DNA of 64,000 nt from an uncultured Roseivirgaceae bacterium (GTDB lineage: Bacteria; Bacteroidota; Bacteroidia; Cytophagales; Cyclobacteriaceae), in contig CAYOEV010000001.1 in assembly GCA_964403075.1 (NCBI GenBank), forward strand, positions 298,864-362,863. The letters run 5' to 3'. Made by a program: the position numbers and the translations under genes. Under the pieces are notes generated by a model that was given only the letters and a program-made list of their open reading frames with translations, did no database searches and had not been told where the DNA came from. Shown here one piece after another: positions 18,811-30,303 of the stretch; positions within the stretch are counted from its first letter, which is position 1; each line of letters begins with the position of its first letter.

Positions 18811-19814
18811 AACTGACGCAGAAATCTGACATCGTTTTCTGAAAATAACCGGATATCGTCAATGCGGTACCTAAGCATTGTGATTCGTTCCAAGCCCATT
18901 CCGAAAGCCCAGCCGCTGTAAATGGATGCATCAATCCCACAGTTGGTCAGTACATTAGGATCTATTACCCCAGATCCTCCAATTTCTACCCATCCGGTCT
19001 GTTTACAGATCTTACATCCTTCGCCTTTACATATGAAACAGCTGATATCAAATTCTGCACTGGGTTCGGTAAAGGGAAAGTAAGAAGGTCTGAGGCGTAC
19101 CCGGGTATCTTTACCAAACATTTCTCGGGCAAACAGATAAAGGGTATCCTTCAAATCTTTGAAAGAAACCCCTTTATCCACGAATAAGCCTTCGAACTGG
19201 TGAAAGAAGCAATGGGCGCGGGCGGAGATGGCTTCATTGCGATAAACCCTTCCGGGCATGACGGAGCGCACGGGTGGTGGCTGTTCACAAAGCATTCGGA
19301 TTTGTACATTTGACGTATGCGTGCGCAAGAGTTTTTCTTTGTTAGCGGATAGGAAAAAAGTGTCTTGCATTTGGCGGGCAGGGTGGTTTTCCGGGAAATT
19401 CAATGCGGAAAAGTTGTACCAATCGTCTTCTATCTCTGGGCCAAGCGCCACATTGAACCCCAATCGCTCAAATATTTCCACAATACGAAAGTAAGTTTGA
19501 CTTAAGGGGTGTACGGTACCGCGGGCGCGTTGGACAGGTGGAAGGGTAACATCAACCTCCGAGGAGTGATCTTCTCCCCGGTTCACCTCATCTCCCATGG
19601 CCTTAAACTTATCATGGGCTAATTGTTTCAGGTGGTTCAAAGGTTGGCCGACAACTTGTTTTGCATCCTGTGGCAGCGCTTTAAAATCTTGAAACAGTTG
19701 GTTTATTACTCCTTTCCGGCTGATAAATTTCAGCCGAAACGCTTCCAACTCGGCTGTATTCGTGATCGTGGTGTTACGGATCTCCTGTTCTAAGGTCTTT
19801 AGTCTGTCAACCAT
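18807..19814 (-). CDS. pheS: phenylalanine--tRNA ligase alpha subunit
   Basis: 335 aa with class II aaRS motifs (HPARQMQDTF, GRVYRNE, GFAFGMGLERI). Confidence 0.95.
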   Translation of the reverse strand: MVDRLKTLEQEIRNTTITNTAELEAFRLKFISRKGVINQLFQDFKALPQDAKQVVGQPLNHLKQLAHDKFKAMGDEVNRGEDHSSEVDVTLPPVQRARGTVHPLSQTYFRIVEIFERLGFNVALGPEIEDDWYNFSALNFPENHPARQMQDTFFLSANKEKLLRTHTSNVQIRMLCEQPPPVRSVMPGRVYRNEAISARAHCFFHQFEGLFVDKGVSFKDLKDTLYLFAREMFGKDTRVRLRPSYFPFTEPSAEFDISCFICKGEGCKICKQTGWVEIGGSGVIDPNVLTNCGIDASIYSGWAFGMGLERITMLRYRIDDIRLFSENDVRFLRQF

Positions 19815-19844
19815 GAGAACAAAGGTAAAACCAATGAACCGATG

Positions 19845-20921
19845 TTAAGAAGCGGTTTTACGCTTATGAAGCAGTAGTAGCTGTATTTTACGCTTGAGGC
19901 GCTGGTCTAGTAAGTAGCCGAATGAAAGGGCGCTGATCAGAATGATAATCAGACAGAACGTTTCGCCAAAGTGTTGACAGAACCATACTGTTGTGAACAG
20001 GCCAATGTTGAACAATAGTAAAGTCAAAGTGGCTTGTCCGTGGTTCAGTCCTAGTTTCAGTAATATATGGTGAACATGATTTTTGTCTGCGGACATGGGT
20101 GACCGTCCGGCGAGAAAACGAATGATAAATACACGAAATGTGTCGTATACAGGTAATACTAGAAGAGCGATACCCATACTGACAGGAGTCAGTATCTTGC
20201 CCGAATGGGTCAAGGGCAGGTGCGCACTTAAATCTATAAACTGAATGACCAAAACTGAAAGAATGAATCCGATGACCAACGACCCCGTGTCTCCCATGAA
20301 AATCTTCGAAGGTTGCCAATTAAAAAAAAGAAAGGCTAATATTCCTGCCGCCAGCGACACTGCCATGAAACCGAGGGTCTGTTGACCAATAGAAAAAAAC
20401 CACCAACCCAAAACAGAACAGACAAATAGCGCAATACTTCCGGCCAGACCATCTATTCCATCAATTAAATTAAAAGCATTGGTCAGGCCGACGATGATAA
20501 AAATGGTAATCAACTCGGGCGTTCCTGCGGGTAGATGTTCTATGCCGAAAAGACCGTACAATCCGTTGAGTCGGATATTGGCAAAAAAGACGATGAGCAA
20601 TGCGGCAAACACCTGTATGGTCAACTTATCCAGCGCTTGCAGGCTGGATAAATCATCACGCAATCCGAGCAGGAACATGAAGAAAGAAGCCAAAAGGAAA
20701 AATTTATAATGACTTAGTTCACTCAGAGGCACCCAAAACAAAAGCGACATCATGAATGCAATATAAATGGCAATACCTCCGAATGAGGGTGTACTTATTC
20801 TGTGAATTTTCCTACCCGTCGGATTGTCCAACATGTTTAGCGAACGAAACACGCGAATCACTATCGGTGAAATGGAAAAGGCCAATAAAAAGGCCGTTGT
20901 TATACAGAGAATAACGTCCAT
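19845..20921 (-). CDS. MraY/WecA-family polyprenyl-phosphate HexNAc-1-phosphate transferase (GT4)
   Basis: Polytopic membrane protein with NAFNLIDGIDGLA and FMGDTGS motifs. 358 aa. Confidence 0.85.
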   Translation of the reverse strand: MDVILCITTAFLLAFSISPIVIRVFRSLNMLDNPTGRKIHRISTPSFGGIAIYIAFMMSLLFWVPLSELSHYKFFLLASFFMFLLGLRDDLSSLQALDKLTIQVFAALLIVFFANIRLNGLYGLFGIEHLPAGTPELITIFIIVGLTNAFNLIDGIDGLAGSIALFVCSVLGWWFFSIGQQTLGFMAVSLAAGILAFLFFNWQPSKIFMGDTGSLVIGFILSVLVIQFIDLSAHLPLTHSGKILTPVSMGIALLVLPVYDTFRVFIIRFLAGRSPMSADKNHVHHILLKLGLNHGQATLTLLLFNIGLFTTVWFCQHFGETFCLIIILISALSFGYLLDQRLKRKIQLLLLHKRKTAS

Positions 20922-20994
20922 ATTGCCGGAAACTTAACAATATTAGTTACTATGATGTGAAATAAGTAAGGAAAAATATAACTTTTCCATTAAA

Positions 20995-21771
20995 TCAATG
21001 TTTGCAGCCAGTACATAGAAAAAATGGATTAAGCAGATCAGATTTGTTGTAGTTCAAAGGTGTATTTGTAGTTGCTTGCCACACATGACCACCAGCTTCA
21101 TTGACGATCAAATGAGCCGCCGCAGTGTCCCATTCCATGGTGGGTGCATACCTGGGATAAAGATCTGCTTCTCCACGTGCTACCATTAAAAGTTTAAGCG
21201 AACTTCCTTTAGATACAATTTGAGGATGACGGAGCGTGCGCATGAATTCTTCCGTCTCAGGTGATAGGTGGGATCTAGAGGCGACCACTTTTAATCCTTC
21301 ATCGGCAATAGATTTACCGTTGACTATCAACCTTTCAACAGTACCATCTGGATGCTCCATGGATGCACCTTGATCAGCGATCCCTGTATACATCTGTTTG
21401 AGAACTGGTGGATGGACGACACCCAGGATTGGTTGACCATTTTCAATTAATGCGATATTCACGGTGAATTCATCATTTTTTTTGATGAATTCTTTGGTAC
21501 CATCCAAAGGATCTATCATCCAAAAGGAAGGCCATCTTTTTCGGTCTTCATACGGGATGTTACGCCCCTCCTCACTTAGCATTGGCAGCCCGGTAGCAGA
21601 TAGATGCTTTTCAATTATCTGATGTGCGGCAGTATCGGCAAGTGTGAGTGGTGAGTCGTCAGCTTTAGCTTCGATGGAAAAATCACCACTGTTGTAGATG
21701 TCAATTATTTTTTCTGCGGCTTCTAGTGCAGCTTCACGCGCGATGTGTAAAAGTTGAGTTCTGTTCATCAT
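20995..21771 (-). CDS. cysQ: 3'(2'),5'-bisphosphate nucleotidase
   Basis: IMPase fold with WMIDPLDGTKEF and WDTAAAH. Sits directly downstream of cysN with a 4-nt overlap. Confidence 0.85.
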   Translation of the reverse strand: MMNRTQLLHIAREAALEAAEKIIDIYNSGDFSIEAKADDSPLTLADTAAHQIIEKHLSATGLPMLSEEGRNIPYEDRKRWPSFWMIDPLDGTKEFIKKNDEFTVNIALIENGQPILGVVHPPVLKQMYTGIADQGASMEHPDGTVERLIVNGKSIADEGLKVVASRSHLSPETEEFMRTLRHPQIVSKGSSLKLLMVARGEADLYPRYAPTMEWDTAAAHLIVNEAGGHVWQATTNTPLNYNKSDLLNPFFLCTGCKH

Positions 21772-23036
21772 CCAATAATCATTCCGGCTGCCACTGTTTC
21801 ATGAGTGGCCTCATCAACCAGAATAATGCTTCCGGTATTACGGTTTTTTCTATAAGTATCTACTAGCAGCGGTTTTGTAGACCGCAGGGAAACTCGGCAG
21901 ATGTCGTTCATCTGAATATTGTTGTCTGTTTCATCTCGGTGTAGCGTGCTGATATCTAATTTGTAGCGGATATCTTTCAACATGACGCGTGCATCGGTGG
22001 TGGTATGGCGGATTTGGTATTTCTTTTTGGGGATTGGACCATTAGGGTTCAACCAACATAGCATTACCTCCAAATCTTGTGTGATATTGGGCTGGTTGTT
22101 GGCGCGCACAATCATGTCACCTCTTCCAATGTCGATATCATCCGCGAGCGTCATGGTAACTGACATGGGTGAGAAAGCCTCGTTTACGGGCCCATCAAAC
22201 GTATCGATGCTTTTGATGTTAGAGGTGAAACCGGACGGCAATACCATTATTTCATCACCGGGCTTGAATATGCCGCCGGCAATTCTTCCGGCATACCCTC
22301 GATAATCGTGGTATTGATCAGTCTTGGGCCGAATGACTGTCTGAACCGGAAACCGGCAGTCGATGTGGTTTTCATCACTCCCAATGTGAATATTTTCTAG
22401 TGTATACAGCAATGTAGCGCCTTCGTACCAGTTCATATTTGCACTTCTATTCACTACGTTATCGCCGTTAAGCGCACTTATCGGGACAAATCGAATGTCT
22501 TTAACATCCAATTTGGATGAGAATTCTTCAAAATCCCGAACAATTTGATCAAAAACTTCCTGCTTGTAATCTACAAGGTCCATCTTATTGATGCAGATGA
22601 TGATATGAGGGATTTGGAGTAGGGAGGCGATAATTGAATGTCGACGTGTTTGTTCTACCACGCCCTTTCGCGCATCAATAAGTAGCAGGGCCAGGTTAGC
22701 CGTGGAGGCACCGGTAACCATGTTGCGGGTATATTGGATATGCCCTGGCGTATCTGCTATGATGAATTTTCTTTTTGGTGTAGCAAAATATCTGTAGGCC
22801 ACATCGATGGTGATTCCTTGTTCCCGCTCGTCTTTTAACCCATCTGTCAGCAAGGCGAGGTCTACTTGCTCCAGACCTTTTTTTTCGCTGGATTTTTTGA
22901 CTTGTTCGTATTGATCTTCAAATATGGATTTGGAGTCATACAACAATCGACCGATCAGCGTACTTTTTCCGTCATCAACACTACCGGCGGTGGTGAAGCG
23001 GAGTAATTCCATGTCTAAATAAGTGTTTTGATCCAT
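21768..23036 (-). CDS. cysN: sulfate adenylyltransferase subunit 1 (GTPase)
   Basis: LRFTTAGSVDDGKSTLIGRLL, DTPGH and NKMD GTPase motifs. I prefer the ATG at 23036, 10 nt after the cysD stop. The ORF-track start at 23150 would overlap cysD by about 100 nt. No fused APS-kinase domain. Confidence 0.9.
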   Translation of the reverse strand: MDQNTYLDMELLRFTTAGSVDDGKSTLIGRLLYDSKSIFEDQYEQVKKSSEKKGLEQVDLALLTDGLKDEREQGITIDVAYRYFATPKRKFIIADTPGHIQYTRNMVTGASTANLALLLIDARKGVVEQTRRHSIIASLLQIPHIIICINKMDLVDYKQEVFDQIVRDFEEFSSKLDVKDIRFVPISALNGDNVVNRSANMNWYEGATLLYTLENIHIGSDENHIDCRFPVQTVIRPKTDQYHDYRGYAGRIAGGIFKPGDEIMVLPSGFTSNIKSIDTFDGPVNEAFSPMSVTMTLADDIDIGRGDMIVRANNQPNITQDLEVMLCWLNPNGPIPKKKYQIRHTTTDARVMLKDIRYKLDISTLHRDETDNNIQMNDICRVSLRSTKPLLVDTYRKNRNTGSIILVDEATHETVAAGMIIG

Positions 23037-23046
23037 AGCTACGGCT

Positions 23047-23952
23047 TTAGAAATATCCCTGTCTTTTTCGATCTTCCATTGAAGTTTCTGATCGTTTATC
23101 ATCTTCTCGGTTACCCCTTTCTGTTTGTCTGGCAGCAGCCACTTCATCAATGATCTTGGGTAGGTCGTCGGCGTCAGATTCGATACCTCCGGTGATGGTG
23201 ATGTCGCCGAGAGTTCGGAACCGAATGCGCTTGTTTACAACTTCTTCATTCTCCTGAATTTGAATAAACTCCGATAACGGTAACCACGTATTATTTCGGA
23301 AGATTACCTCTCGCGTGTGTGCAAAATACAGGGAGGGAATGTCAATCTTTTCCTGATGGATATACTGCCAAACATCCATTTCTGTCCAGTTCGATAAAGG
23401 GAATACCCTGAAGTGTTCGCCAACCTGTTGCTTACCGTTGAAAAGATTCCAAAGTTCAGGTCTCTGATTTTTAGGATCCCACTGGCCAAACTCATCTCTG
23501 TGTGAAAAAAAGCGTTCTTTTGCCCGAGCCTTCTCTTCGTCTCGTCTGGCACCACCGATGCAGGCGTCAAATTGGTGTGCTTCGATGGTGTCTAACAAGG
23601 TGATGGTTTGAAGGGCGTTGCGGCTTGCATTTCTGCCTCTTTCTTCTACTGCTTTCCCCTCGTCTATGGATTGTTGGACATACCCGACAATGAGGCGCGC
23701 TCCGAGCATGTCCACGAGACGGTCTCTAAATGCAATGGTTTCCGGGAAATTGTGTCCGGTGTCAATGTGAACCAGGGGGAAAGGAATCTTGGCAGGGTGA
23801 AAGGCTTTTCGTGCCAAGTGGGCAATTGTAATGGAATCTTTGCCGCCTGAAAACAGAATGGCCGGATTTTCAAACTGGGCGAAAACTTCTCGCAAAATAT
23901 TAATGGCCTCTGCCTCCAATTCTTGGAGGTGTGTAAGGTTATAATTGCTCAT
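23047..23952 (-). CDS. cysD: sulfate adenylyltransferase subunit 2
   Basis: PP-loop FSGGKDS. Also [10 protein letters not shown] and the conserved C-terminus [10 protein letters not shown]. Confidence 0.93.
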   Translation of the reverse strand: MSNYNLTHLQELEAEAINILREVFAQFENPAILFSGGKDSITIAHLARKAFHPAKIPFPLVHIDTGHNFPETIAFRDRLVDMLGARLIVGYVQQSIDEGKAVEERGRNASRNALQTITLLDTIEAHQFDACIGGARRDEEKARAKERFFSHRDEFGQWDPKNQRPELWNLFNGKQQVGEHFRVFPLSNWTEMDVWQYIHQEKIDIPSLYFAHTREVIFRNNTWLPLSEFIQIQENEEVVNKRIRFRTLGDITITGGIESDADDLPKIIDEVAAARQTERGNREDDKRSETSMEDRKRQGYF

Positions 23953-24542
23953 AATTTCAATTTTGGAAGTATAAAGTTGAGCATTTCCTGAAGACTTACC
24001 TCAAGGCCGTTGTTTGCGGTATCTACACGTAAATCTGGATATTCAGGTATTTCGAAAGGAGAATCTAAACCGGTGAAATCTCTAATTTCTCCCGCCCGGG
24101 CTTTTTTGTATAAACCTTTGACATCCCTGGCTTCACAAACTTCCAACGGACAGTCTACATGGATTTCCAGGAATCTGTCTTCGCCTACAATTTCCCGCGC
24201 TTTTTGCCTATCAGCTGTAAATGGAGATATGAAGGCCGTAAGCACGGTAAGTCCGGCATCGACAAATAGGTTGGCCACTTCGGAAATTCGTCGAATATTT
24301 TCAGTTCGGCTACTGACCGAGAAGTCCAAATCATTATTGAGTCCGGAACGAATGTTGTCACCATCCAGCAAATAAGTGGAAATTTGTCTCTGGTAGAGTT
24401 GCTGCTCCAGTGCGTTTGCCAGGGTGGACTTTCCTGAACCCGACAACCCGGTGAACCAAAGGAGATAGGGGCGGTGACCATGTAGCTTCACTCGGTCCGC
24501 ATGCTGGAGGGCATGTGCATGAGGTATGATGTGCTGATTCAT
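23949..24542 (-). CDS. cysC: adenylyl-sulfate (APS) kinase
   Basis: P-loop GLSGSGKST plus LDGDN(I)R and FISP motifs. 197 aa. Confidence 0.92.
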   Translation of the reverse strand: MNQHIIPHAHALQHADRVKLHGHRPYLLWFTGLSGSGKSTLANALEQQLYQRQISTYLLDGDNIRSGLNNDLDFSVSSRTENIRRISEVANLFVDAGLTVLTAFISPFTADRQKAREIVGEDRFLEIHVDCPLEVCEARDVKGLYKKARAGEIRDFTGLDSPFEIPEYPDLRVDTANNGLEVSLQEMLNFILPKLKL

Positions 24543-25795
24543 AAACTTCCGTCGGAGAGGGTGCGGTCTAACTGATTTTTTACGTCAAAGATAACCGGTA
24601 CCTGTTTGCGGATGAACAACCAGTCCAGGTCTTTGTAGGCGCTATGAGCAACTGCCAGCACTACGGCATCGTAGACCTCGGGATTGAATTCGTCCATTAA
24701 TTCAATGGCATATTCTTGTCGCACGTCTGTGGCGTCGGCATATGGATCGAAGACGTCTACCTCAAATTTATAATTTGAGAGTTCGCGGTAAATATCCACC
24801 ACACGCGTATTTCTGACATCAGGACAGTTTTCTTTGAAGGTAAATCCCAAAATCGCGCATCGAAGGGGTTGTGCCAGCGCTCCTTTTTCTGCCAGCAGCC
24901 GGATCACGCGGTGGGCAACATGTGCGCCCATCTGGTCATTGATGTCTCTACCCGCCAAAATTACCTGTGGATGGTGACCCAGTTGCTTGGCCTTATAGGT
25001 CAAGTAATAGGGGTCGACGCCAATGCAATGTCCACCAACCAGACCCGGTTGAAAGGGAAGAAAATTCCATTTGGTATTTGCGGCTTCGAGGACCTCTTGG
25101 GTATTGATATTCATTTTATGGAATATCACGGCCAGCTCGTTAACGAAAGCAATGTTAATGTCGCGTTGTGCATTCTCGATGACTTTGGCTGCTTCAGCAA
25201 CCCGGATAGAGGATGTCAAATGGGTGCCTGCTTCAATGAAGGACCGGTAAAAGGCGTCTACTTTTAATGCCGTTTCGGAGGTACTCCCGCTGGTAACTTT
25301 CAGAATATTTTCCAATCGATGTACCTTGTCGGCCGGGTTGATTCTTTCCGGAGAATAACCACAAAAAAAATCCTGGTTATAGTTCAGACCACTGGTTTGT
25401 TCCAATATTGGCACACAGAATTCCTCTGTGCAACCGGGGTATACAGTAGACTCAAAAACGACGATATCCCCAGATTTCAATGCTGCGCCTACAGTATGAC
25501 ATGCCGACGAAAGTGGTTGTAGGTTCGGATTTTTTGAAGCATCAACGGGCGTAGGCACGGTAACCACAAAGAAATTTACTGACGCCAGAGAATCTGGATG
25601 ATCCGAAAATGATAAAAAGGCACTTCTATCGAGATTTACCTTATTTACTTCGTTCGTGCGGTCTATACCCTCATTAAGTTCTTGTATCCGTAGAGGGTTG
25701 ATATCAAAACCCACCGTCGGATAGTGTCTACCAGCAGCAACGGCCAGTGGAAGACCCACGTAACCCAACCCTATTACGCCAACTTGATAAGTCAT
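24539..25795 (-). CDS. nucleotide-sugar 6-dehydrogenase (TviB/WbpO/Cap5O-like, UDP-HexNAc type)
   Basis: N-terminus [14 protein letters not shown]...VGFDIN. Catalytic GGHCIG region. 418 aa. Confidence 0.88.
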   Translation of the reverse strand: MTYQVGVIGLGYVGLPLAVAAGRHYPTVGFDINPLRIQELNEGIDRTNEVNKVNLDRSAFLSFSDHPDSLASVNFFVVTVPTPVDASKNPNLQPLSSACHTVGAALKSGDIVVFESTVYPGCTEEFCVPILEQTSGLNYNQDFFCGYSPERINPADKVHRLENILKVTSGSTSETALKVDAFYRSFIEAGTHLTSSIRVAEAAKVIENAQRDINIAFVNELAVIFHKMNINTQEVLEAANTKWNFLPFQPGLVGGHCIGVDPYYLTYKAKQLGHHPQVILAGRDINDQMGAHVAHRVIRLLAEKGALAQPLRCAILGFTFKENCPDVRNTRVVDIYRELSNYKFEVDVFDPYADATDVRQEYAIELMDEFNPEVYDAVVLAVAHSAYKDLDWLFIRKQVPVIFDVKNQLDRTLSDGSL

Positions 25796-25825
25796 TAGCT
25801 CAAATTAAAGCGCAAACTTAAAGGA

Positions 25826-26767
25826 TTATTTGGCTGAAAAGCGCTCTTTGAAATATTCAAGCGTTGGTTTCAAGCCCTCGGCTCTGGTATATTTCGGCGA
25901 CCAGTCAAGTATCTCACGGGCACGCTGGATATCCGGCTTTCTTTGCTTGGGGTCATCTTCAGGCAGTGTCAAGAAGTTCAGATGACTTTTGCTTCCGGTC
26001 AGCTGGATTATTTCTTCGGCAAACTCTTTAATGGTGATTTCCTCTGGATTGCCAACATTTACGGGGAGGTGGTACGCGCTTAAAAGCAGGCGATAAATGC
26101 CTTCAATCAAGTCATCCACGTAGGTAAAAGATCTGGTTTGGCTACCATCACCGAAAACGGTCAATGGCTCTCCGCGAAGCGCTTGTGAAATGAAAGTGGG
26201 TAAAGCGCGACCATCGTCGAGACGCATTCTCGGGCCATAGGTATTGAAGATACGAACGATTCTTGTTTCAAGGCCATGAAAATTGTGGTAGGCCATGGTA
26301 ATGGCCTCGAGGAAACGCTTGGCTTCGTCGTACACGCCCCGTGGGCCTACAGGGTTTACATTACCCCAATAATCTTCGTTTTGTGGATGTACTTGTGGAT
26401 CCCCATAGACTTCGGAAGTGGAAGCCACCAATATACGGGCCATTTTTTCCTTGGCCAGCCCCAAAAGGTTATGCGTTCCGAGTGCACCGACTTTCAGCGT
26501 AGGGATGGGCATCTTCAAATAGTCAATAGGACTTGCGGGTGAGGCAAAATGAAGAATGTAATCCAGTGATCCTTTAACGTGTACAAATTTCGTAACATCG
26601 TAATGGTAGAAAACAAAATTGTCCGCTTGGAAGAGATGTTCGATATTGTCCAGGCTGCCAGTAGACAAATTGTCCATGGCAATGACATCAAAACCTTCCC
26701 CAACGAAACGGTCGCAAAGATGTGACCCCAGAAAGCCGGCCGCGCCGGTAATCAATACTCTTTTCAT
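25826..26767 (-). CDS. UDP-glucuronate decarboxylase (UDP-xylose synthase)
   Basis: [26 protein letters not shown] and YDEAKR (SDR YxxxK) motifs. 313 aa. Confidence 0.88.
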   Translation of the reverse strand: MKRVLITGAAGFLGSHLCDRFVGEGFDVIAMDNLSTGSLDNIEHLFQADNFVFYHYDVTKFVHVKGSLDYILHFASPASPIDYLKMPIPTLKVGALGTHNLLGLAKEKMARILVASTSEVYGDPQVHPQNEDYWGNVNPVGPRGVYDEAKRFLEAITMAYHNFHGLETRIVRIFNTYGPRMRLDDGRALPTFISQALRGEPLTVFGDGSQTRSFTYVDDLIEGIYRLLLSAYHLPVNVGNPEEITIKEFAEEIIQLTGSKSHLNFLTLPEDDPKQRKPDIQRAREILDWSPKYTRAEGLKPTLEYFKERFSAK

Positions 26768-27312
26768 TCGAAATAGTTAGGGAGATCCTTAAAAAGGGGT
26801 TGGTTTAAGTCTTTAGCTGAAACTAGTGGTTTTTCCTGAAAGCCCCAATCAATGTTTAAATCTTCATCGTTGAATCGCAGGCCTGCCTCATGGTTGGGCG
26901 CATAAAATTCATCCACATAATAAAAGAATTGCGTATTGTCCTCCAGCGTCAGGTAGCCGTGTGCAAAACCCTTCGGTACCATCATCATGCGACCTGGTCT
27001 ATCGAGGATTTGCCTATGGTATTGGCCGTGGGTCGGGGAGGTCTTTCTCATGTCAACAATCACATCCAGCACTGATCCTGTATGCACGCCAACAATTTTG
27101 GATTGGGCATGAGGAGGAATTTGGAAATGCAGTCCCCTGAGTACATTTTTAGAAGATTTGGCAATGTTTACTTGCTTGATGACGTAAGGATTTCCAAGAT
27201 GCTTATGCAACTTTTGATGGTTAAAGGATTCCATAAAATAGCCTCGTTCGTCCCCGAAAACAGGCATTTCGAACAGGAAACAGTCTTTGAGCGGCGTGGG
27301 GGATATTGTCAT
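26764..27312 (-). CDS. rfbC: dTDP-4-dehydrorhamnose 3,5-epimerase
   Basis: Cupin with [14 protein letters not shown] and PKGFAHGY motifs. 182 aa. Confidence 0.9.
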   Translation of the reverse strand: MTISPTPLKDCFLFEMPVFGDERGYFMESFNHQKLHKHLGNPYVIKQVNIAKSSKNVLRGLHFQIPPHAQSKIVGVHTGSVLDVIVDMRKTSPTHGQYHRQILDRPGRMMMVPKGFAHGYLTLEDNTQFFYYVDEFYAPNHEAGLRFNDEDLNIDWGFQEKPLVSAKDLNQPLFKDLPNYFE

Positions 27313-28172
27313 GGCTTGATCAAGGACAATAGATAATCACCATAGCCGCTTTTTCTGAGCGGGTCGGCCAATGCCTCGAGTTGCCAGGCCTCAATAAAAT
27401 TCATCTTATAGGCTACTTCTTCGATGCAACCAACTTTTAGCCCCTGGCGGTCTTCAATGACCTGTACAAAATTTCCGGCTTGCATCAAGGAGGCAAAAGT
27501 ACCGGTGTCTAACCAGGCCGTCCCTCTATCCAGGACCTGTACCTTTAGTTTCCCATTTTTAAGATAAGCGTTGTTGACGTCTGTGATTTCCAACTCACCT
27601 CTTGCGGAGGGCTGAACAGCCTTTGCTATCTCCACCACCTGTTCGTCGTAAAAATAAAGACCTGGGACGGCATAAGAGGATTTTGGATTCTTCGGTTTCT
27701 CTTCTATTGACAGTGCCTGAAAATCATGGTCAAAGGTGACCACACCGTATCGCTCCGGATCGTGCACGTGATACGCAAATACGATACCACCTTCAGGGTT
27801 CGCGGCGGCCTGTAATCGCTTGGAGAAACCAGAAGCATAAAAAATATTGTCGCCAAGAATCAAGGCAGACTTATCTCCAGCAATAAAGGGCGCTCCTATA
27901 ATGAAAGCTTCCGCTAGCCCTCGGGGAGCGTCCTGGACGGCGTAATCGAAGCGGCAACCCAATTGCTCGCCGGAGCCAAGTAATTGTTGAAACAGTGGCA
28001 GATCTCTGGGGGTTGAAATGATAAGTACTTCTCTAATTCCCGCCAACATTAGCGTGGAAAGCGGATAATAAATCATGGGTTTGTCATGAACTGGAAGCAG
28101 CTGCTTGGACATGACCTTTGTGAGCGGATGTAACCGCGTACCTGACCCTCCGGCAAGAATAATTCCTTTCAT
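27309..28172 (-). CDS. rfbA: glucose-1-phosphate thymidylyltransferase
   Basis: [25 protein letters not shown] and WLDTGT motifs. 287 aa. Confidence 0.93.
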   Translation of the reverse strand: MKGIILAGGSGTRLHPLTKVMSKQLLPVHDKPMIYYPLSTLMLAGIREVLIISTPRDLPLFQQLLGSGEQLGCRFDYAVQDAPRGLAEAFIIGAPFIAGDKSALILGDNIFYASGFSKRLQAAANPEGGIVFAYHVHDPERYGVVTFDHDFQALSIEEKPKNPKSSYAVPGLYFYDEQVVEIAKAVQPSARGELEITDVNNAYLKNGKLKVQVLDRGTAWLDTGTFASLMQAGNFVQVIEDRQGLKVGCIEEVAYKMNFIEAWQLEALADPLRKSGYGDYLLSLIKP

Positions 28173-29224
28173 CTGTTGAGGTAGTTTTCTTCGTAATATT
28201 TTAGGTAATCACCAGATTTTACCTGCTGTAGCCAGGCGTCATTGTTCAGGTACCAATCAACCGTTTTTGTGAGGCCTTCTTCGAAAGAGGTTCTTGGCAC
28301 CCAGCCCAATTCTTTTTTGATCTTGGCGATGTCAATGGCATAGCGCTGATCGTGACCGGCCCTGTCTTTAACAAAATTAATGAGCGATCGTGCAGATTGG
28401 TCGCTTCTTTTCAATCTGCTATCCAGAAGGTCACAAAGTTTATAAACAAGTTCAATGTTTTGCCATTCATTTTCTCCACCTATGTTGTAGGTTTCTCCAA
28501 CGATGCCTTGATGAAAAATCAAATCTATTGCCTCAACGTGATCCTCTACGTATAGCCAATCCCGTATATTCTCACCTTTGCCGTATATCGGAATGGGTGA
28601 CTGGTTTTTAATTTTTTCGATAACGACAGGAATCAATTTCTCCGGGAACTGGTAGGGGCCATAATTATTCGAACAATTGGAAATCAGAATGGGCAAATTG
28701 TACGTATTGTGAAATGCGCGAACAAAATGATCGGAAGCCGCTTTGGAGGCTGAATAGGGTGACTTCGGATCGTATGCGGTGGTTTCCACAAATAATCCCT
28801 TTGGACCTAGCGACCCGTACACCTCGTCTGTGGAAACATGGTAAAAGCGATGTTTTTTATTCGTTATATCCCAATGGTTTCTGGCAACGTTCATCAGGGT
28901 CACCGTACCTAGGACATTGGTTGTGATGAAAGCAGTTGGATTTAAAATGGAGCGATCTACATGAGACTCGGCAGCAAGATGAAGCACACCGTCAATTTCA
29001 TATTTGGTAAATAGCTCATTCAATAACTGAATATCGTTGATATCCCCTTTGATAAATTGGTAGTTGGGTGCTTCTCGAATATCGTCCAGGGTGGCAAGAT
29101 TTCCCGCATAGGTGAGAAAGTCCAGATTGATTATCTGATAATCTGGATAGGTATTAACCATTTTTTTAACCACGTGCGAACCGATAAAACCTGCTCCACC
29201 GGTAATCAATAAACTATATTTCAT
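28169..29224 (-). CDS. rfbB: dTDP-glucose 4,6-dehydratase
   Basis: [19 protein letters not shown] and [10 protein letters not shown] motifs. 351 aa. Confidence 0.93.
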   Translation of the reverse strand: MKYSLLITGGAGFIGSHVVKKMVNTYPDYQIINLDFLTYAGNLATLDDIREAPNYQFIKGDINDIQLLNELFTKYEIDGVLHLAAESHVDRSILNPTAFITTNVLGTVTLMNVARNHWDITNKKHRFYHVSTDEVYGSLGPKGLFVETTAYDPKSPYSASKAASDHFVRAFHNTYNLPILISNCSNNYGPYQFPEKLIPVVIEKIKNQSPIPIYGKGENIRDWLYVEDHVEAIDLIFHQGIVGETYNIGGENEWQNIELVYKLCDLLDSRLKRSDQSARSLINFVKDRAGHDQRYAIDIAKIKKELGWVPRTSFEEGLTKTVDWYLNNDAWLQQVKSGDYLKYYEENYLNR

Positions 29225-30230
29225 AATAGCTTTTGTACCATTTTATAAATGCCTCTATTCCGGCTGAGATACTGGTTTGAGGCTGATAACCAACATCATG
29301 CATTAGTCCGGATACATCCGCATAAGTGTTTGGCACATCCCCCGGCTGAATGGGCATAAAATTGATCGTTGCCTTTTTGTCTAACTGACGCTCAATTTCG
29401 GCAATAAAATCCATTAACTGTACTGGCTGATGATGACCAACATTGTATATCCTACAAGGTGCAAAGCTAGTAGAAGGGTCTGGATTATCAGAGGACCATC
29501 CCGAAGCAGGCGTTGCAGGCTTTTCAGTCAGTCGGACAACGCCCTCCACAACGTCTTCAACATAAGTAAAGTCACGCTCCATTTTGCCATTGTTATATAC
29601 ATCAATACGTTCGCCGCCAAGGATGGCTTTGGTAAAAATGAAGAGCGCCATATCCGGACGGCCCCATGGACCATACACTGTGAAAAAACGCAGCCCTGTA
29701 ACTGGTAATTCATGGTTAACCGCATAAGCATGGGCAATTAGCTCATTGGATTTCTTGGTTGCCGCATACAACGAAACAGGATGGTCTACATGATCTTTTG
29801 CCGAAAAGGGAATTTGTGTATTGGCGCCATAAACAGAACTAGAGGAAGCATAGATAAAATTCTCACAATTGGTCTGTCGGGCAGCGTCGATAACGTTGAC
29901 AAAACCTACCAAGTTAGCTTCAAGATAGGCATGCGGATTTTCTAATGAATACCTGACTCCCGCTTGAGCGGCAAGATGCACCACTTTGGGAAATTCATAC
30001 TTTTTGAATAGCGCTTCAATAGATGACCTGTCCACCAGATCAATTTTTTCAAAATGAAAATGTGGATGCTTCTGCAGTTGAGCGAGTCTGGCTTTTTTCA
30101 AGTTGACATCGTAGTAGTTATTCAGGTTATCAATGCCAACTACGCGATGGCCCTCTGCCAAGAGGCGATTACTCAAATGATAACCGATAAAGCCGGCAGT
30201 GCCGGTGACTAGGGTGACCTGATTGGACAT
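29214..30230 (-). CDS. NAD-dependent nucleotide-sugar 4-epimerase (UDP-uronate epimerase, CapI/TviC-like)
   Basis: VTGTAGFIGYH, SSSSVYG and YAATKK motifs. 338 aa. First gene of the minus-strand operon. Confidence 0.85.
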   Translation of the reverse strand: MSNQVTLVTGTAGFIGYHLSNRLLAEGHRVVGIDNLNNYYDVNLKKARLAQLQKHPHFHFEKIDLVDRSSIEALFKKYEFPKVVHLAAQAGVRYSLENPHAYLEANLVGFVNVIDAARQTNCENFIYASSSSVYGANTQIPFSAKDHVDHPVSLYAATKKSNELIAHAYAVNHELPVTGLRFFTVYGPWGRPDMALFIFTKAILGGERIDVYNNGKMERDFTYVEDVVEGVVRLTEKPATPASGWSSDNPDPSTSFAPCRIYNVGHHQPVQLMDFIAEIERQLDKKATINFMPIQPGDVPNTYADVSGLMHDVGYQPQTSISAGIEAFIKWYKSYYEI

Positions 30231-30291
30231 GAGGAAGGGTTATATACAATGCTAATTCGAACCTTTGATTTTACAAAGGATGGCTGGGTAC

Positions 30292-30299
30292 TAACTTTG
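30292..30299 (+). promoter_or_regulatory. candidate -7 box (TAACTTTG) for the ccm operon
   Basis: Exact TAnnTTTG match in the 73-nt divergent spacer. It ends only 4 nt before the ccmB ATG at 30304. Confidence 0.35.
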
Positions 30300-30303
30300 C
30301 TAC

